Shown here: piece by piece, positions 7,756 through 10,879 of the stretch | How the letters are laid out: every line of letters starts with the position of its first letter | Position numbering within the stretch: the first letter of the stretch is position 1 | Source of the DNA: Fidelibacterota bacterium | GTDB lineage: Bacteria > Fidelibacterota > Marinisomatia > Marinisomatales > TCS56 | Assembly: GCA_043822705.1 (NCBI GenBank) | Contig: JBDRBK010000155.1 | Coordinates: forward strand, 1-10,879 | Reading direction: 5' to 3' | Length of the DNA: 10,879 bases | Notes under the pieces: generated by a model | Databases searched by the model: none | What the model was told of the DNA's origin: nothing | Seen by the model: only the letters and a program-made list of their open reading frames with translations | Translations under genes and position numbers: made by a program

Positions 7756-9090
7756 ATGAAACCATCCTCCACCAAACAGAAAGCACTGGATCGCTTTCAC
7801 CGTCATGTATCCAGCGCCAAAACCGATTTCTTTCTGAAATACGGAATGAACTTCGTAATGGGAAAACGCCAGGGTCCCTATCTGTATGATATCGACGGTG
7901 AAAAGCGATTATTCAACCTGCACTGCAACGGCGGTGTCTTTAATCTCGGTCATCGCCACGAGGAATTGATCGAATTACTGCGGACCAGTCTGGCGGAAGT
8001 TGATATCGGAAACCACCATTTACTCAGCCGCGAGCGCGCCGAACTGGCGACCATGCTGGCCGACCTGATGCCCGGGGATCTGACTTACACAGTTTTCGGG
8101 GTAGGTGGCGGCGAAGCCGTTGATCTGGCGATTAAAGTCGCCCGCGGCTATACCGGCCGCGAGGATATACTTTCCGCTCGGGGCGGTTATCACGGACATA
8201 CCGGTCTGGCGCTGGCGGCCGGCGATGAAAAATACCGCCGTCCGTTTGGTCCCCAGCCACCCGGTTTCCGGCAGATCGATTTCAACAATACTTCCGCCCT
8301 GCAAGACGCCCTGGATGAAAACACGGCCGCAGTGATCCTGGAAACAGTACCTGCGACGCTGGGGATGGTCATTCCGGATGCGGACTATCTTCCTACCGTA
8401 CGTGAACTTTGCGACCGCAACGGCACCCTGCTGATCCTGGATGAAGTTCAGACCGGCCTGGGCCGCACCGGACGGCTGTGGGGATTTGAACATTATGATA
8501 TCGTGCCGGATATAGTAGTTCTGGGTAAGGGGTTGTCCGGTGGTCTGTACCCGATATCCGCAACTGTGCTGCGCGAACCGCTGGAAAAGGTTTTTCATCC
8601 CGATCCATTTATTCACATCTCCACTTTTGGCGGCGCCGAAATCGGTTGCCGCATCGCCCGGCGGGTTTTGGAAATATCTTCTTCGCCCGATTTTCTTGCC
8701 CATGTGGTCCGGCTGGCAGAACAGTTTCGCCTGGGGGTGGACCGGCTGCGGCCGAAACACCGAAAATTTTTGGTCGGCCTGCGACAGCTTGGTTTAATGA
8801 TGGGACTGGAATTAAAGGATGACCTCTGTGGCCCGATCTTGACCAAGGCGGCCTATGATCATGATTTACTATTGATATACGCCGGTAACGATACTTCGAT
8901 CAGTCAGTTTCTGCCGCCCCTGACAATTTCACCGCCCCAGGCCGAGATGGCGATCAGCCAGCTGGACGGCGCCCTGGCGGCCGCCCGGCGGCTGCGCCTG
9001 CTGTACGCCGGCAAGGAACGCCTGCAGCAATTCGGGTCACAAATTACCTCCCGCTTAAAAACCAGATCCGGGAAAAATAAAAATGAATAA
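7756..9090 (+). CDS. Class III PLP-dependent aminotransferase-family enzyme, substrate unknown
   Basis: G.YLYDIDG, FNLGH, GGGEAV, YHGHT, LILDEVQTGLGRTG (D229), PDIVVLGKGLSGG (Schiff-base K258), STFGG and PPL. Overall similar to putrescine/acetylornithine aminotransferases, but with altered specificity residues. Confidence 0.92.
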   Translation: MKPSSTKQKALDRFHRHVSSAKTDFFLKYGMNFVMGKRQGPYLYDIDGEKRLFNLHCNGGVFNLGHRHEELIELLRTSLAEVDIGNHHLLSRERAELATMLADLMPGDLTYTVFGVGGGEAVDLAIKVARGYTGREDILSARGGYHGHTGLALAAGDEKYRRPFGPQPPGFRQIDFNNTSALQDALDENTAAVILETVPATLGMVIPDADYLPTVRELCDRNGTLLILDEVQTGLGRTGRLWGFEHYDIVPDIVVLGKGLSGGLYPISATVLREPLEKVFHPDPFIHISTFGGAEIGCRIARRVLEISSSPDFLAHVVRLAEQFRLGVDRLRPKHRKFLVGLRQLGLMMGLELKDDLCGPILTKAAYDHDLLLIYAGNDTSISQFLPPLTISPPQAEMAISQLDGALAAARRLRLLYAGKERLQQFGSQITSRLKTRSGKNKNE

Positions 9091-10009
9091 TGATCCCAAT
9101 TTTCTGGAACGATTCGAGCATGGTTTAAATCCTGCCGATCTGAATGCATCCAAAATTCCGGGGACTGTCCTGGGTTATGGCGAAATCTCCACTATTTTCC
9201 AGATCGGCAACGACGATCGACACGCCTACAAACGCATGCCATTATTCAAAACACTGGCCGCCGCCGAGGAATATGCCACCAACTACCGTCATTACTGTGA
9301 TTATCTGGGCGGCGCCGGTCTTACCCTCCCCGCTGACGATCTGCAGCTTGTCGCCCTGCCAAAGCGACCGGTGGTGCTCTATATCGTCCAGAAACAATTT
9401 CCGTCGTCTTGGTTCGCGCATCGGCTGATACATGTGTTGGACGCAGATGCCAATAAAATTCTACTGACGCGGATTGCACAGGAAACGATAAAAATCCGGA
9501 CCTATAACAAAACGCAGGCCCCGGCACTGGAAATCGCTCTTGACGCCCAGATATCCAACTGGGTGTTCGAAAATGGTGATCCGGTTGGTGGAACGCTGTA
9601 TTATATCGATACCTCCACGCCGCAATACCAATTGGATGGTGTCGAACAATTAAATCCGGAATTAATCCTGCAAAGCGCACCGTCGTTTCTGCGCTGGATC
9701 ATCAGCAAACTGTTTTTAAAGGACGTAATGAACCGCTATTACGACCAGCGCCAGATTATGATCGATCTGGCTGCCAATCTTTACAAGGAACAACTGCCGC
9801 AGTTGATTCCGCTGGCAATCGAAATCATCAATTCCCTGCTCGGCGATGACAGTACGGAAATCACCGCTGAAATTGTCAACGGCTATTACCGCGAAGATAA
9901 ATTTATCTGGGCGTTATTTCTGACGGCCCGCAAAATCGATCGCTGGCTGACGACCACACTGTTCCGACAGCGCTATGAATTCATTCTTCCGGGAAGGATT
10001 CAACGCTGA
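9083..10009 (+). CDS. Uncharacterised protein with protein-kinase-like motifs (recalled as DUF6206-like; not verified)
   Basis: 308-aa ORF overlapping the upstream stop by 8 nt (ATGAATAA). Motifs LGYGEISTIF, AYK50, L..AG..LP, LYIVQ, D154AQISN159 and YID176. Confidence is high that it is a CDS and moderate for the kinase-like function. Confidence 0.75.
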   Translation: MNNDPNFLERFEHGLNPADLNASKIPGTVLGYGEISTIFQIGNDDRHAYKRMPLFKTLAAAEEYATNYRHYCDYLGGAGLTLPADDLQLVALPKRPVVLYIVQKQFPSSWFAHRLIHVLDADANKILLTRIAQETIKIRTYNKTQAPALEIALDAQISNWVFENGDPVGGTLYYIDTSTPQYQLDGVEQLNPELILQSAPSFLRWIISKLFLKDVMNRYYDQRQIMIDLAANLYKEQLPQLIPLAIEIINSLLGDDSTEITAEIVNGYYREDKFIWALFLTARKIDRWLTTTLFRQRYEFILPGRIQR

Positions 10010-10010
10010 T

Positions 10011-10879
10011 ATGTGCGATACTTTTGTCGTCCTGCCATCCGCTTCCGCCAACGTTTCAACGCTATTCGGTAAAAACAGCGATCGTGAACCGAACGAGGCG
10101 CAGATCGTGGAATACCATCCCGCCGCCGACCACCCGGCGGATTCGCGCCTGAAATGTTCCTACCTGGAAATTCCCCAGGTCCGCCACACGTGTGCCGTGC
10201 TCTTGAGCCGGCCTTTCTGGATGTGGGGCGCGGAAATCGGCGCCAATGAGCATGGCGTCGTCATCGGTAACGAGGCCGTGTGGAGTAAAATGCCGTTGGA
10301 AAAGGTCGGACGCCTGACCGGTATGGATTTGTTGCGACTGGCCCTCGAACGCTCGACCACAGCCGAAACCGCCCTGGAAAAGATCACCGAGTTACTGGCG
10401 GAATTCGGGCAAGGCGGCAATTGCGGCTATACCGCCCCAATGGTTTATCACAACAGTTATATTATCGCCGATCCCGCCCAAGCCTGGGTCCTGGAAACCG
10501 CCGGCCAGCTCTGGGTGGCCCGGCGAATCAACAACTCTTACTCAATCAGCAATGGCTTGACTATCGGTGAAGAATTCGATCTTAGTCACTCAGACTTGAT
10601 CACGGTTGCTCGTCGAAAAGGTTGGTTGAAAAAAGGTGCTGCTTTTGATTTTGCTGAGTGTTATGCCGATTGGTTTTATACTACATTTTCCGGCTGCCGT
10701 TCGCGACAGCGGCGATCCCGTCACTTGGTAGCACATCAGAAACCTCTCGACCTTCCCGCCGCCATGGCCATTCTGCGCGATCATGGAGACGAAGACTATC
10801 GTCCTGACAGCCATTTTCTGATCAATCGGATTTGTGCCCATTCCGCCAACCCGGTGGCACGGCACTCCGCCCAATCCAC
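10011..10879 (+). CDS. Secernin-like C69 family peptidase / Ntn-hydrolase; continues past the right edge
   Basis: Not in the ORF track; open from ATG 10011 to the window end. MCDTFVVLP...LFGKNSDREPNEAQ...LSRPFWMWGAEIGANEHGVVIGNEAV...GMDLLRLALERS..A..A...GQGGNC...YHNSYIIADP..AWVLETAG..W. Cys2 is the expected N-terminal nucleophile. Starts 1 nt after the upstream stop. Confidence 0.93.
   Translation, partial: MCDTFVVLPSASANVSTLFGKNSDREPNEAQIVEYHPAADHPADSRLKCSYLEIPQVRHTCAVLLSRPFWMWGAEIGANEHGVVIGNEAVWSKMPLEKVGRLTGMDLLRLALERSTTAETALEKITELLAEFGQGGNCGYTAPMVYHNSYIIADPAQAWVLETAGQLWVARRINNSYSISNGLTIGEEFDLSHSDLITVARRKGWLKKGAAFDFAECYADWFYTTFSGCRSRQRRSRHLVAHQKPLDLPAAMAILRDHGDEDYRPDSHFLINRICAHSANPVARHSAQS

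Noticed and set aside
8020..8760. 246-aa antisense ORF
   Set aside because: It is a shadow of the class III aminotransferase with no independent coding evidence.
10007..10013. TGA-T-ATG junction as a possible readthrough, selenocysteine or frameshift fusion
   Set aside because: The downstream gene is in a different frame, has its own ATG with AAGGA upstream (9994-9998), and as an Ntn-hydrolase needs a free N-terminal Cys2. Ordinary translational coupling explains it.
10062..10874. Short minus-strand ORFs at the right end
   Set aside because: The region is explained by the secernin/C69 gene on the + strand, which the track missed because its stop lies outside the window.
1..10879. Mobile elements, prophage or defence genes, tRNA/rRNA, CRISPR
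   Set aside because: No integrase, transposase, nuclease or reverse-transcriptase motifs, no regularly spaced repeats, and no intergenic gap with tRNA-like structure seen by eye.

Overview
Gene-dense bacterial chromosomal window of moderate GC, with AT-rich intergenic gaps. The host is a diderm (outer-membrane porin, lipoprotein, LPS-kinase-like gene); an FCB-group or Marinimicrobia-like host is only a guess. There are 12 CDS, two of which run off the window edges and are missing from the ORF track. In order: M32 carboxypeptidase (-, 3' end cut off), TPR-like lipoprotein (-), aldo/keto reductase (+), class I SAM methyltransferase (+), Kdo/WaaP/InaA-type kinase (-), LiaF-like membrane protein (+), DcaP-like porin (-), DMT/EamA transporter (+), PlsC-like acyltransferase (-), then a tightly coupled + strand operon. 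That operon encodes a class III PLP enzyme, an uncharacterised protein with protein-kinase-like catalytic motifs, and a secernin/C69 Ntn-hydrolase (3' end cut off). It is the best candidate for an undescribed system: the PLP enzyme lacks the usual Glu/Arg substrate-switch residues, and the operon is divergent from a lipid acyltransferase. I saw no RNA genes, mobile elements or CRISPR arrays. All family calls come from motif recognition by eye, not from database searches.
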